Part shown: one piece after another, positions 37,446-48,102 of the stretch | Layout: the number at the start of each line of letters is the position of its first letter | How positions within the stretch are numbered: position 1 is the stretch's first letter | From: a virus | Lineage: Duplodnaviria > Caudoviricetes | DNA: 64,000 nt | Virus record (IMG/VR): IMGVR_UViG_3300025413_001239 | Direction: 5' to 3' (one strand) | Position numbers and translations under genes: made by a program | Notes under the pieces: generated by a model | Database searches by the model: none | Seen by the model: the letters and a program-made list of their open reading frames with translations, nothing else | Told to the model about the DNA's origin: nothing

Positions 37446-37891
37446 TTGATAGAGTTTACAAAATCAGTACACACAGCATATGGTGTCTTATTATTATCGT
37501 ATTTTTCAATATCTTGTTCTGATAAAAGAGGTATAACGCATTTATCATCAATTTTACCACTTAAATCATGAACCCAAAGATACCCATTGTTTGTACATAC
37601 ATAAGAATCATTCGTATGACAAAAGAAGTTATAACCATTTAATTTTGCTAATTCTAAAGCTGAATCAATATCTTTACAATGGAACCAGAGCATTTCTTTT
37701 CTTGGCTCCATCCAAGATAATTCTATTTTATATTGTGCAAAATCATGACCTAACCAGAATTCATTATTTACATATCTTAAATCAACCTCAACATCATACC
37801 CTAATTGTATTGCTGAATCGATATAAGATGGTCTATTTTCTTTTTCTATTACTGGGCCGCATATATTACCCCTATGTGATATTATTTTCAT
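37442..37891 (-). CDS. GDPD / PLC-like phosphodiesterase-fold protein
   Basis: IISHRGN, GYDVEVDL, LGHD, WFHCK. Confidence 0.7.
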   Translation of the reverse strand: MKIISHRGNICGPVIEKENRPSYIDSAIQLGYDVEVDLRYVNNEFWLGHDFAQYKIELSWMEPRKEMLWFHCKDIDSALELAKLNGYNFFCHTNDSYVCTNNGYLWVHDLSGKIDDKCVIPLLSEQDIEKYDNNKTPYAVCTDFVNSIK

Positions 37892-37895
37892 AAAT

Positions 37896-38795
37896 TTAAA
37901 ATATAAAATTCCAGTTATTTAATCTTGGCTCATCCATCATCTTCCATGCTGAATCTAACATCATGTTAGGTACCGCCCAATGTCTATCTCGTAAATTGAT
38001 ATGGAAATTAATTACACCAGAATAGTTAAAAATACCCTTATACTGTGAATGGTAGAAGAAATTAACATTATTACCTTCGATAAAATGTATTTCTTTTGCA
38101 CCTTCAACTAATAAGGATAATTCACCAATACATGTTGAGAGGTTGCTTACATTTATTATCGGTAGTTGACTGTTTATACGGGCTGAAATATTAGTACCAA
38201 TCGGGTCGTTAATTATAATATAATCACCAGTAATATTACTTCGTGATAATATGGTATTCTTTATTTCTAACTCTTTTTCATAATTTCTAATGTAATTAAA
38301 AAAATCCATTCTAACACTATTATTTAAACCAACTAATTCATAATAAAGTTTATGATTTGTTGTTAATATTGTGTTTGGTAAGTGTTTATTCGGTTTACAT
38401 AAGTATTTTTCATCAATATCTAATTTATTATATAATGGGTTTAAGTCATTAAAATAATATTCTTTATTAACATTTTCTAAATCGTAAAAATTAAACTGGG
38501 CCTTATCCCAACCAGCTGTTAAGGTATTACAAATATCGTATTCACCAAACGTACCATTGTTTATTAATTCTTCTGGTCTATTGGCAATAAAAAGCCTTTT
38601 GTTAAATAGTGGCTCATTCTCAAAGTAAGCGGCATAATATCTTTTTAAATAATCTCGATTATCATTATTATAACCTTTAAAAAGATATAGGTATACATTC
38701 TCATAATGACTTAATAAAAAGTAATATAAACTGATTACAGATAAAGTATCACCATATGTATAACATGGTGGTATTAAAATTATATTTTTTCTCAT
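37896..38795 (-). CDS. Hypothetical protein, possibly glycosyltransferase-related
   Basis: 299 aa; N-terminal GD motif; island context. Confidence 0.6.
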   Translation of the reverse strand: MRKNIILIPPCYTYGDTLSVISLYYFLLSHYENVYLYLFKGYNNDNRDYLKRYYAAYFENEPLFNKRLFIANRPEELINNGTFGEYDICNTLTAGWDKAQFNFYDLENVNKEYYFNDLNPLYNKLDIDEKYLCKPNKHLPNTILTTNHKLYYELVGLNNSVRMDFFNYIRNYEKELEIKNTILSRSNITGDYIIINDPIGTNISARINSQLPIINVSNLSTCIGELSLLVEGAKEIHFIEGNNVNFFYHSQYKGIFNYSGVINFHINLRDRHWAVPNMMLDSAWKMMDEPRLNNWNFIF

Positions 38796-39094
38796 TTTAT
38801 TTCTTCAATTCTTAAAGTTTTATCATCAATAAACAAATCATAATATGGCTTATCAACTCTTAATTCGTGGAATTTTGCACCCCACTCATTTAATTGAGCA
38901 AAGGTAACATCGTACCAATTTATTTGTTTCCTACTACCTCTGGATGTCCAATATACAATTGTATTTCCGTCCTCATATAGTTTATTTATTTTTTCTATAT
39001 TTTCAAGAATAGGTATTGCTAATTTATAATCCCTAGTCTTAGGTGATATACAGATTGTTTCATCTATGTCTACGTAAATTACTCTTTTTCTCAT
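38792..39094 (-). CDS. Small HAD-family phosphatase (capsule-biosynthesis phosphatase-like)
   Basis: YVDIDETIC, WTSRG, KPYYDLFIDDK. Confidence 0.8.
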   Translation of the reverse strand: MRKRVIYVDIDETICISPKTRDYKLAIPILENIEKINKLYEDGNTIVYWTSRGSRKQINWYDVTFAQLNEWGAKFHELRVDKPYYDLFIDDKTLRIEEIK

Positions 39095-39807
39095 ATCATG
39101 ATAATATTTTCATTAATCTCACCAAATTGAACATTAAATTCAGAGTTAAATCTGACGAATTCGTTAGGTTGATTTTCTTCGGTTATATTCATATATTTTA
39201 AATAATGTGTCTCATAATTTACACCACCATTTCTTGAGACATCATATAAATGACCAATATTGTTTTGAGTATAATCACAAACACAATGTATTTTAAAATT
39301 TAAATTGGGGTACTTTGCTTTAATTATTTCGGATAATTCTAACGGTACTGAATTATATCTAACTAAGACAAAATTGATGAAATCACAGGACTCTATATAT
39401 TGTCTAAAATTATTAATTCTATTAGTGTATCTTTCTATAAATTTTTCAAAATTATTATCCACAAAGTGATATGGGCTTGACCATCTTTCATTTAAATAAA
39501 GATTACCATGAAAAGGTGCCTCATGATTAAATACAAAATTGTAATATGTGTTATAAATCCACATTTCATTTTCTTTTTGATTTGGGATATATTTTAACAT
39601 ATCTGGTGCTGGTCTTAATTCTAAATAATTAAGGTCACAAAAGTATTTAAAATCATCATCGATACATTTACAAATACCAATATAATTTGTAATCATCAAA
39701 TCAAAGGGGCATGTATTATACCCGTTACTTTTTACATTTCGTAAATTCAACCTTAATGCATCTTGTGCAGCTGAACAATTCCAACCTAAACCTATTCCTT
39801 CAATCAT
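39091..39807 (-). CDS. DUF1796-like (papain-like) protein
   Basis: GLGWNCSAA...LR...CPFDLM. Confidence 0.5.
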   Translation of the reverse strand: MIEGIGLGWNCSAAQDALRLNLRNVKSNGYNTCPFDLMITNYIGICKCIDDDFKYFCDLNYLELRPAPDMLKYIPNQKENEMWIYNTYYNFVFNHEAPFHGNLYLNERWSSPYHFVDNNFEKFIERYTNRINNFRQYIESCDFINFVLVRYNSVPLELSEIIKAKYPNLNFKIHCVCDYTQNNIGHLYDVSRNGGVNYETHYLKYMNITEENQPNEFVRFNSEFNVQFGEINENIIMI

Positions 39808-40463
39808 AATAATTGTTTTCTATATTTTTCTTTATTATCAGTAATTAATTCATCGATTTGCTCATCCGTTAAAAATATTGTATTACCTAGTGCTATAGTA
39901 CCTAAAAATATTTCAGCCGCTTTTTCACAAATATCAGAAATTATAATACATTCATCAATTGATTTTCCACATGCAATTATACCATGATTTTTTAATAAAA
40001 TCAAGTTTGGAAAATAATTATTTTCCAACATAAAATTATTAATTGATTGATTGATAGTGTTATTTAAATTGTTACCTGGTTTTGAGTACGGAACTAAGCA
40101 CGATTTTTTATTATTAAATATAACTTGGTCTGGAAATAATCTACAAGTAGAAAACTTTTCAGCATAATCAGTACAAAGAATTTTTAATGTATTCGAAGGG
40201 TGTGTATGTGCAATAAAGTTTATCCCATCTTTTTTAAGTAATGATAAATGGAATCCTAATTCCATACTACCTTTTTTGGTAAAATTGTCTAATTGTTCAC
40301 CATTGAAATTAAAAAATACTAAATCATCTTGAGTTAACCTATTTAATTTGGCACCGCTGGCTTTTATAGCTATTTTAGAATCTTTTTTACCTGAGATATT
40401 ACCTTCCATTCCGACACAATATTTTGAAACACTTTTAGATAATTTTATTAATTCATTAACCAT
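39804..40463 (-). CDS. Class II aldolase/adducin-family enzyme
   Basis: EGNISG, IKASG, SMELGFH, HTHP, LLKNHGIIACG. Confidence 0.88.
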   Translation of the reverse strand: MVNELIKLSKSVSKYCVGMEGNISGKKDSKIAIKASGAKLNRLTQDDLVFFNFNGEQLDNFTKKGSMELGFHLSLLKKDGINFIAHTHPSNTLKILCTDYAEKFSTCRLFPDQVIFNNKKSCLVPYSKPGNNLNNTINQSINNFMLENNYFPNLILLKNHGIIACGKSIDECIIISDICEKAAEIFLGTIALGNTIFLTDEQIDELITDNKEKYRKQLL

Positions 40464-40472
40464 ATTTTTTAT

Positions 40473-41933
40473 TTAATTAATGTTCAATATAACAAATAAT
40501 ATATAATCGTAAAGACTATTTGTTGTTGGGATGCGTTCATTATTTAAGTTATTAACTTTTTGATATTCCGTAAATATTAATTTGTTAAAATTTACAACAT
40601 TACTAATTTGATAATTAATACCACGTTTTGTTAACTCATTTAGAATGTTATTAATATTTATATCAGACCTTATTGACAGTTCCAAATTAATTTTAACATC
40701 TTGCTGTAAATCATTAAAATCAATTTCATCATGAGTAAAAAATCTAATGATTAAGTCAGCATTATTTTTTTGAGGTTCAATAAATTCTTTAAAATCTAAT
40801 TGTCGTTTTTCAATACTAGTTAAAACTTTATCAATTGAATATCCACGTTCTTTAACATCACGTATGATTTTCCATTTCTTTTTTAAATTGTCATCAGTAT
40901 CCATATATATTTTTAAATTATACGGTATATCATTATCTAAATTTGGGTCATGATATAAACTATGTAACCCACAGACTATTAAATTATTTGAAGGGTTAAT
41001 CAATTGTTTTTCAGTAAATTTACCAGTATGATGGTCATAATCAACTTGATAAATATCATTACCAACTTTTAAGTTAAAAATGTCTTCTTTCATCTTGGTG
41101 ATAAAATTAGCATTCGGATTTAAATGAGTAACTTTATCCCAATTTTCATTATTACGTTCCCATTTATGGTATCTATCACACTCCAATTTAAATGAATCTG
41201 TAAACGTATTCATTAGTAAATTGCTAAGCGTTGATTTACCAGAACCAGAATCACCACATATTGCAAAAACATTACATTTTGAAAGAATAAAGCTATAATC
41301 AATATCCACCAGTTTATATTTAATATCATAAGCAGTTAAATATTCGAATAAAATAGTTTCCGACACATAACCATATTTTTCAATTAAACTATTAATATTA
41401 ACATGTATGTCAAAATATTTATCCATGTTTTCAGAATTACCATACGCTATGGCATCACAAATGTAATTATCGTTAATGTTAATTAATTTAGTTTTATCAA
41501 TTTTACTATCACTAGGTATTAAAATAAATTCGTCAGTATTAAGCGTGAAGAAATTTTTACTTTTTATTGAAAGGTCTGGCCGATACCTGATGACTAAATC
41601 ATATTTTTCACCAACTGAATACTCGTTAATCTTTTTAATTTGATTAAGTTTGTAGAGTTTACCCCAATGATTTAATGTATTATTAGTTCGTTTATTATCA
41701 CTATATAAGATATTATTTTCAATCATTACTAAAAATGGGTTTAATTTTTGTGTTATTTCTTCAATATCACAATCATTAATTTGATTGAAGTATTTATCTT
41801 CGGAGCTTTCGTTTTTAGTTATATGTAAATATACATCAACATGTTTAAATTTATTTAAGATTTCAGCCCTAATAAAATCAATATTTTCCTTATAATTTCT
41901 TAAGTATCCAGCAATCAATAAAGCTACTTTCAT
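40473..41933 (-). CDS. Fusion of a glycan-locus N-terminal domain with a phosphoribulokinase/uridine-kinase-like domain
   Basis: N-terminal KVALLIAGYLRNY...RYRPD; C-terminal GDSGSGKST, DRYH, YDHHTG, GLHSLY, WKIIRDVKERG, IEPQK..AD. Confidence 0.8.
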   Translation of the reverse strand: MKVALLIAGYLRNYKENIDFIRAEILNKFKHVDVYLHITKNESSEDKYFNQINDCDIEEITQKLNPFLVMIENNILYSDNKRTNNTLNHWGKLYKLNQIKKINEYSVGEKYDLVIRYRPDLSIKSKNFFTLNTDEFILIPSDSKIDKTKLININDNYICDAIAYGNSENMDKYFDIHVNINSLIEKYGYVSETILFEYLTAYDIKYKLVDIDYSFILSKCNVFAICGDSGSGKSTLSNLLMNTFTDSFKLECDRYHKWERNNENWDKVTHLNPNANFITKMKEDIFNLKVGNDIYQVDYDHHTGKFTEKQLINPSNNLIVCGLHSLYHDPNLDNDIPYNLKIYMDTDDNLKKKWKIIRDVKERGYSIDKVLTSIEKRQLDFKEFIEPQKNNADLIIRFFTHDEIDFNDLQQDVKINLELSIRSDININNILNELTKRGINYQISNVVNFNKLIFTEYQKVNNLNNERIPTTNSLYDYILFVILNIN

Positions 41934-42823
41934 ATTTTTATATTGTTTAGATTTGTAATGTTATTTTTTATCATATCATTTAATATGTTTTTAAGATTAC
42001 CTTCAACAAAAAATTTATTATAATAGTATTCATAATTATTATATACTTCTAGTGTCTTTTTTGGGATATCATCATAGTCTGACCAGACTATATAATCACT
42101 GTATTGAATTACATTTTTTAATGGTGATTCTTCACTAACAATAACCACACCATTTAATAAAGCTGGTAATACTCTAAGCTCTTCAAATGTATGGTGATGG
42201 TCCGTTTGATGAACGTTAACCATAATCTTTGTTTTATCATATAAAGCTAAAAGACATTCTTTTGTAAAACAAGTTTCAATCGTATTATTTGGTACCTTAA
42301 GTTCATTTAAACACCTTAAGATATTATCACGCCTTATATTACCATTATTCGCAAATAAAGTAATAATATCAGTCTTATTTTCTTTTGCAAAATTTATATC
42401 AAAAATAATAGGGGCGATATAAATAAGCTTATTATAAAAATCATTAAATTTACCACTAGATGAGATATTGAATATATTAGCTAAGCTATAATCAATTACA
42501 ACATCTAACGAATTGAAATAATTATATTTATCGATTCTAACTAGATAATAACCGTCAGTATGTTTAACGTTACCATAAATTAATTCATTCACTGAGCGGC
42601 CACCTTCTTTAACTAATGTATGCTCACATTGAATATCGACTTTGATTGTTTTATTAGTATTGTTAAAATTAATATTATAATTACCAATAACAACATTTAA
42701 ATTTTGTTTATTGGATAACCAAGACTTAAACATGATTACAATATAATCATAATATTCCTTTGTGTGTATAACATGATTGTTGTTATACCCAATAAAATTT
42801 GAATTAATTTGTTCAATTATCAT
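41930..42823 (-). CDS. Putative glycosyltransferase (GT-B C-terminal-like)
   Basis: KIMVNVHQ...EELRVLPALLNGVVIVSE. Confidence 0.55.
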   Translation of the reverse strand: MIIEQINSNFIGYNNNHVIHTKEYYDYIVIMFKSWLSNKQNLNVVIGNYNINFNNTNKTIKVDIQCEHTLVKEGGRSVNELIYGNVKHTDGYYLVRIDKYNYFNSLDVVIDYSLANIFNISSSGKFNDFYNKLIYIAPIIFDINFAKENKTDIITLFANNGNIRRDNILRCLNELKVPNNTIETCFTKECLLALYDKTKIMVNVHQTDHHHTFEELRVLPALLNGVVIVSEESPLKNVIQYSDYIVWSDYDDIPKKTLEVYNNYEYYYNKFFVEGNLKNILNDMIKNNITNLNNIKI

Positions 42824-43611
42824 CTATCTTGAGTTGTTTCAGTTTTATGTTGAGTTCTTTTAACAAAAAACGTTGTTATACTATTATCGTAAGGATTTAC
42901 AGAATGACAATCATATTTAGGTGTTAAATTTAAAAATGAATTCCATCCAGGCCACAAACTTCTTTTATCACCGTCAATATCATTATTTTTATAATTATTT
43001 AACTCCCATAAAATTCTAGCTAAATATCTTTCACCAGCACAACTTTCTATTCTAACAGTAATTATAATATCTTTGATATATTCATATAGTTGTACACATT
43101 TTTCAGTGGCAATGATAAAACTTGAACACCAACAGAATGTTATTTTATCTAAATTATTTAATAACCCAATACTAGTTAAAATATTATTTGAAATGTCTTG
43201 AAAATCACCATCTTGATGATATGAGTTTATAGGGCATGCGGTGATTTCTTGTTCGTGTAAGGTATTAAAATCAATTCTATTTTTTATAATAAAATTATCT
43301 TGTGATAAAACAATATAATTATAGTTATTAACTAAATTATTATCCATTAGATATTTTATACCTATCTGATAAGCACCTATTTCAAATTTAGACGGCCCAT
43401 TATTGTCAAGTAAAATAACGTTAGTGTATTTTTTTAAATTATTAAAAATTTCATCCTTATATACTGAATTATTATCAACTACTAGTACTAATGAATCTTG
43501 GTAGAAACGTTGTATGTTTTGTATATAATATTCCACATAAGATTCGTAACCTCTAAAGTATTTATGAGCAATTATAAATATTACCTTATTTTTATCATTT
43601 ATCCTATCCAT
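42820..43611 (-). CDS. Putative GT-A-like glycan-synthesis protein
   Basis: LVVDNNS, FEIGAY, LSQDN; island context. Confidence 0.5.
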   Translation of the reverse strand: MDRINDKNKVIFIIAHKYFRGYESYVEYYIQNIQRFYQDSLVLVVDNNSVYKDEIFNNLKKYTNVILLDNNGPSKFEIGAYQIGIKYLMDNNLVNNYNYIVLSQDNFIIKNRIDFNTLHEQEITACPINSYHQDGDFQDISNNILTSIGLLNNLDKITFCWCSSFIIATEKCVQLYEYIKDIIITVRIESCAGERYLARILWELNNYKNNDIDGDKRSLWPGWNSFLNLTPKYDCHSVNPYDNSITTFFVKRTQHKTETTQDR

Positions 43612-44423
43612 TTGTTTGAGTTTTTTAAATTGTATTTATTTATTATTTCAATATACACATCCTGTATATCAGTATATGAACCATTAGGTAAATTATTAAA
43701 CGATAGTAATTTTTGTGAATGTGTAATGTGTAAATATCTAAATGGTTCCAAACAAATAAAATAACCACAACGATAAACTTTTTTTGAAAATAACTTAAAT
43801 ATATCGTAGCGCAAACAAAATTTTTGAACATCTGGATGTTCTATAGTTCTATAATCCCTATAACCATGATTAACTAGAATTTCAATTAATGCTTCTCGTT
43901 TCCATATTGATGGATTAACGTTATATATGTAACCATTAGCTGTTGTGTCCGTATTCGATGATTTGATTAAATATAAATCATCATCATTAATTTTATCTTT
44001 ATGAGCTCTATCAAAATCATAAGCTAATTGAAAATCAATCCTGTCAAAATTGTTATTTTTAAGGAATGACAATAATTCTAATAACCTTTCATTGTCAGCA
44101 TGATAAACTATATCGTTATCATGGACCAGAAGAAAGTAGTCATAATCAATTTGTTTAATACAGCTTAGTAGTTTATTACCATAACTAAGGTTATCATCAT
44201 AAAAGACCACCTTATCATACTTTGAATAGATTTCTGTTAAATCCGAATCATTATCGTTAATAAATAAGGTTAAATGGCCTCTACCAGAAATGTAATCAGT
44301 TTGTATTTGTAATATGTCTAAGAACGAAGAATGACTATAGATTACATAGTTAATCATAGTTTCAGGGTAATCGTTTTTATTAACATGCTTAATGACTTTA
44401 TATTCAATCATATTATTTAACAT
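43599..44423 (-). CDS. Putative glycosyltransferase, paralog of 45334..46140
   Basis: INYVIY...QTDY, LLVHDND, YIYNVNPSIWKR. Confidence 0.6.
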   Translation of the reverse strand: MLNNMIEYKVIKHVNKNDYPETMINYVIYSHSSFLDILQIQTDYISGRGHLTLFINDNDSDLTEIYSKYDKVVFYDDNLSYGNKLLSCIKQIDYDYFLLVHDNDIVYHADNERLLELLSFLKNNNFDRIDFQLAYDFDRAHKDKINDDDLYLIKSSNTDTTANGYIYNVNPSIWKREALIEILVNHGYRDYRTIEHPDVQKFCLRYDIFKLFSKKVYRCGYFICLEPFRYLHITHSQKLLSFNNLPNGSYTDIQDVYIEIINKYNLKNSNKWIG

Positions 44424-45327
44424 TTTTAATTTTATTTACCCAGTAATTTAATGTAATTTTATCATAATTAAAGGTTTTATTTTTAAAATCTTCTATTGTA
44501 TTTAATAATAATTTTTCATTTATTTCGGACCAATCATCGACAATTAACACTGGCAATTCTTCATACAGACTATCCAATTCAGATTTTTTAACAATTACAA
44601 TACAACCTAACATAAGAGCTTCCCAAGTTCTATGACAGTCCATACCATGGCCCATTGGTGACAAAACGAACGCAAATTCGGATTGATTCTTCCAAGTTTC
44701 TATTCTTGGAATAAATGATGGTTCATAAAATACTAAATCAGATTGGATTTTATTTATAGCATCTTTCCTAGGGTTGCCAAATTCGTTATAGGTAACAAAA
44801 TGAAAGTTAGAATAACATTTTGGTTTTCTATCAAAAAATAAAGGAGATGAAGCTTTAATTTCATCAATAATATTTTCTTGTTCAATTGGTGTTTGAGCTG
44901 AATGATGCCAACCGCAAAATTCACCAAAACTTAATGAATGAAAATTAACACCAATTGGAAATAAACTTAATTTAGGGTGAATGCTTTCAATACAATTAAC
45001 AGAATACCAATGTATAATATTCTCGTTATTTATAAACCCATTAAATGCATCAGCATTAAACATGTCGTAAGGCATTGTTTCATCACCGTCTCCAGTAACT
45101 AAAATAAATTTATATTTAATGTGTGGTAGTACGTTATACATGAATTCACTTAAAAAAGCAAACTTAACGTATATTGTACAACCATCATAACCATTTAAAA
45201 TATTATTGAAGTTATGTCTGATTCTATTAGGTTCCTTAGTATAAGTTATAATATTTAACTCATCTAATGACATTAGCATTCCTACGCTGCTGATGTACTT
45301 ACAATTTTTTATTTGTTCTAAACTCAT
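44413..45327 (-). CDS. Exostosin/GT47-like glycosyltransferase
   Basis: FVLSPMGHGMDCHRTWEALMLGCIVIV. Confidence 0.7.
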   Translation of the reverse strand: MSLEQIKNCKYISSVGMLMSLDELNIITYTKEPNRIRHNFNNILNGYDGCTIYVKFAFLSEFMYNVLPHIKYKFILVTGDGDETMPYDMFNADAFNGFINNENIIHWYSVNCIESIHPKLSLFPIGVNFHSLSFGEFCGWHHSAQTPIEQENIIDEIKASSPLFFDRKPKCYSNFHFVTYNEFGNPRKDAINKIQSDLVFYEPSFIPRIETWKNQSEFAFVLSPMGHGMDCHRTWEALMLGCIVIVKKSELDSLYEELPVLIVDDWSEINEKLLLNTIEDFKNKTFNYDKITLNYWVNKIKNVK

Positions 45328-45333
45328 ATTTTT

Positions 45334-46140
45334 TTAATTTATCCATTTGTTTGATTTTTTTAAATCATACTTATTAACAATCTTTATATACTCCTCACTT
45401 ATATCAGAATAGGATTGACCATATACTGATTTGAAGTTATTATTTAAAGGTAAAAATTTACCATTATGACTTATGTGTAAAAAAGTAAAAATATCTAAAC
45501 AATTAAAATACCCACACTCTAATTTAGATTTTGAATACAACTTAAACACATTAAATTGTGCTGCAAATATTTGAACATCGAGGTCTTCAATATTTCGATA
45601 ATTTTTATAATTAAAGGTATTTAGTAATTCTAAAAATGCTTTACGTTTCCATATAGATGGATTAACATTATAGATGTAATCCTTAGGGTCATCCTGTTTA
45701 ACTAAATAAACACTTTCATTAAGTGTATTTTTATTAATCTTGACCCATTCATTAACTTCAAGATTTATATCAGCGGAAATTAATGAAGAGTATTCAATAT
45801 TATCTGTATATTTTAAGTCAATTCTATCAAAATTGTTTTGAATTAAAAAATCAAAAAACTTTTGAATGTGTTTATCATTAACATTTAATAATATGTCGAT
45901 GTCGTGTATAAATAAAAAATAATCCAGATTTACTTGTTGAAGAGAGGTTAGTAACCTAGTTGCGTATGTGTCATTATTATTGTAAAAGATTACATTATCA
46001 TACTTGGAGTACAATTCACTCAATTCTAAGCTATTTAAGTTGATTAATAGTGTTAAATTGCCACGGTCTTCCATATAATCGGTTTGGATTCTTAATACCT
46101 CTAAATAGTCTGTATTACCATATATTACATAATTAATCAT
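45334..46140 (-). CDS. Putative glycosyltransferase, paralog of 43599..44423
   Basis: INYVIY...QTDY, FIHDID, YIYNVNPSIWKR. Confidence 0.6.
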   Translation of the reverse strand: MINYVIYGNTDYLEVLRIQTDYMEDRGNLTLLINLNSLELSELYSKYDNVIFYNNNDTYATRLLTSLQQVNLDYFLFIHDIDILLNVNDKHIQKFFDFLIQNNFDRIDLKYTDNIEYSSLISADINLEVNEWVKINKNTLNESVYLVKQDDPKDYIYNVNPSIWKRKAFLELLNTFNYKNYRNIEDLDVQIFAAQFNVFKLYSKSKLECGYFNCLDIFTFLHISHNGKFLPLNNNFKSVYGQSYSDISEEYIKIVNKYDLKKSNKWIN

Positions 46141-47393
46141 AAATGATTTTTTAATTTATTCAAATCTATTTCCCAAGATGAATTTAACCCATCATCTAGT
46201 TTAATACACTCATTATTCTTTATTGTTTTCGTATTATAAGTTACATCATTATTCCACCCAGCAACTTTAGTATTGCTATAAGCGACAATAATATCATCAT
46301 TTATAACATCAATAATTTCGCCAACAAAATTATCAAATTTAACTCGCATATATTTTTTAAAATCCGTGGTTTCAGTGTGTTTAGTATCGTTAAAATATAA
46401 CGTATTAACATTTTTAAATGAATACTTAAAACGTTCATTAATTTTTAAAAAATATGGTGAAACTAACGCAATTAAATTAGTTTCTTTTGGTGAAAATAAA
46501 ACATTACATAAACCACCACCAATTGCTCCAATTACTTTTTCAGCATTAGCAAATAACAAGATTTTTTCAACGGTTGACATTGTTTCAGTGAATACCTCAA
46601 CATAACCCATATCATTTAAAATATTGACCAACTCATCTTCGTTTACTAATTTACGTCTGCTAGTGTAATTGGTCCCGATATTCGCTAAATTACCATGTAT
46701 CCAGCTTCGTCTTGAAATGTATATCTTTTTTGGTGTGTTAATATTCTGATATTGAGATTTAACCAAATTTACAATGTTATTATAAAATTCATAAATTTCA
46801 TTTCTTGGTGGCAAATTTGAATCAAAATCATGAGTATATGAGGTTGAAATATACACATCTTTATAACAAGCTGTATTATCAATTATTTCAATATCATTAA
46901 GTGTAATACCAAGTATCGATAAAAACTCAAGAACAAATGTATAATGGTTAAATTTATTTGGATTTGGGTAATTCATTAACAACTTAAGATTCGGTATTGT
47001 TTTTCTTTGTTCAATATATGAAATAAGATAAGGTAACGAATCATATATAAAATGATAGTAATTATCAGTATTATAAATAAAAAAGAACATCGGAGTTTCG
47101 ATTTCTTTACTATGTGTTAACCTGTTAAAATTAATTGATACTTCATCACTTATTTTTTTAAGTGACATTGTATTTTCTTTAATTGGTTTTATAACACTTG
47201 AACCAAAAACCTCGTAAAATAATACATTTGGATAATATAACGTTTCACCTGTTGGTATTACATTAGATATTTTGTAGATACTAATTTCTCTTTTATTAAT
47301 ATCTTCGTTAAACAGTTGTTTAACTTTAATTAAATTGTCAAAATTAATAACCATGCTAAAGTTTATTTTTATTAACCCTAAAAAATATTTCAT
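46137..47393 (-). CDS. GT61 / DUF563-like glycosyltransferase
   Basis: NYYHF, IYISRR, RKLVNEDEL, F.NAEKVIGAIGGGLCNVLF. Confidence 0.75.
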   Translation of the reverse strand: MKYFLGLIKINFSMVINFDNLIKVKQLFNEDINKREISIYKISNVIPTGETLYYPNVLFYEVFGSSVIKPIKENTMSLKKISDEVSINFNRLTHSKEIETPMFFFIYNTDNYYHFIYDSLPYLISYIEQRKTIPNLKLLMNYPNPNKFNHYTFVLEFLSILGITLNDIEIIDNTACYKDVYISTSYTHDFDSNLPPRNEIYEFYNNIVNLVKSQYQNINTPKKIYISRRSWIHGNLANIGTNYTSRRKLVNEDELVNILNDMGYVEVFTETMSTVEKILLFANAEKVIGAIGGGLCNVLFSPKETNLIALVSPYFLKINERFKYSFKNVNTLYFNDTKHTETTDFKKYMRVKFDNFVGEIIDVINDDIIVAYSNTKVAGWNNDVTYNTKTIKNNECIKLDDGLNSSWEIDLNKLKNHL

Positions 47394-48102
47394 TAGGGTA
47401 TTGATTTAAATCAAGCAATATTTGTTCCATTGGGGTATCAAACATACCCTTATAGTTGGAGTCTTTATTCTTTTTATATTTTTCACTATAAATAAATTCA
47501 CGATTAAAGCTAGAATATTTACCTATACCTGATTTAATATGGTCGTGTCTAGTATCAGATACTATGTTAATAATACCATTAGTAAATAAGTCATTAACGT
47601 AAATATTTTCTTTAAGTAATCTAAAAGTAATATCACCATCTTCCTCACCAAAACCTAATAATCTTTCATCAAAATAACCAATTTTATCAATAATTATTTT
47701 ATTAACTATGAAATGTGAGAACGACCCATTAAATTTTGTTAAACCAGTAAATTTATTTGTATTTATATGTGCATACGTTTTATCAAAAATTTCTGAAGTG
47801 TGGATTTCTATATCATCATTAAGAATTAATAAATTATCTTTATCAGAGTTAACAATTATTGTATTCCATAGTTTAGATAAGCCTCGTGTTTCTATGAAAA
47901 ATATCGGATAAACGTTAGTATACTTAGAACATAGATTCAAAATTTTTAACCTATATTCATCATCAAATAATCCATCTTTTTCACCATTGATAATTAGTAG
48001 GATTTTACTATTATCGTGTACCCTAATTTGTGGGATTAATTTTTCAATATAACCATACCTTTTTGAAAAGGTTGTTATACCAATAACAAATTTATTTATC
48101 AT
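47356..48102 (-). CDS. GT2-like glycosyltransferase
   Basis: IGITTF, LNDDI, GYFDERL.GFGEEDGD. Confidence 0.75.
   Translation of the reverse strand: MINKFVIGITTFSKRYGYIEKLIPQIRVHDNSKILLIINGEKDGLFDDEYRLKILNLCSKYTNVYPIFFIETRGLSKLWNTIIVNSDKDNLLILNDDIEIHTSEIFDKTYAHINTNKFTGLTKFNGSFSHFIVNKIIIDKIGYFDERLLGFGEEDGDITFRLLKENIYVNDLFTNGIINIVSDTRHDHIKSGIGKYSSFNREFIYSEKYKKNKDSNYKGMFDTPMEQILLDLNQYPNEIFFRVNKNKL

Noticed and set aside
40473-41933. Calvin-cycle auxiliary gene
   Set aside because: The kinase is fused to a glycan-locus domain inside a sugar-modification operon, with no other carbon-fixation genes.
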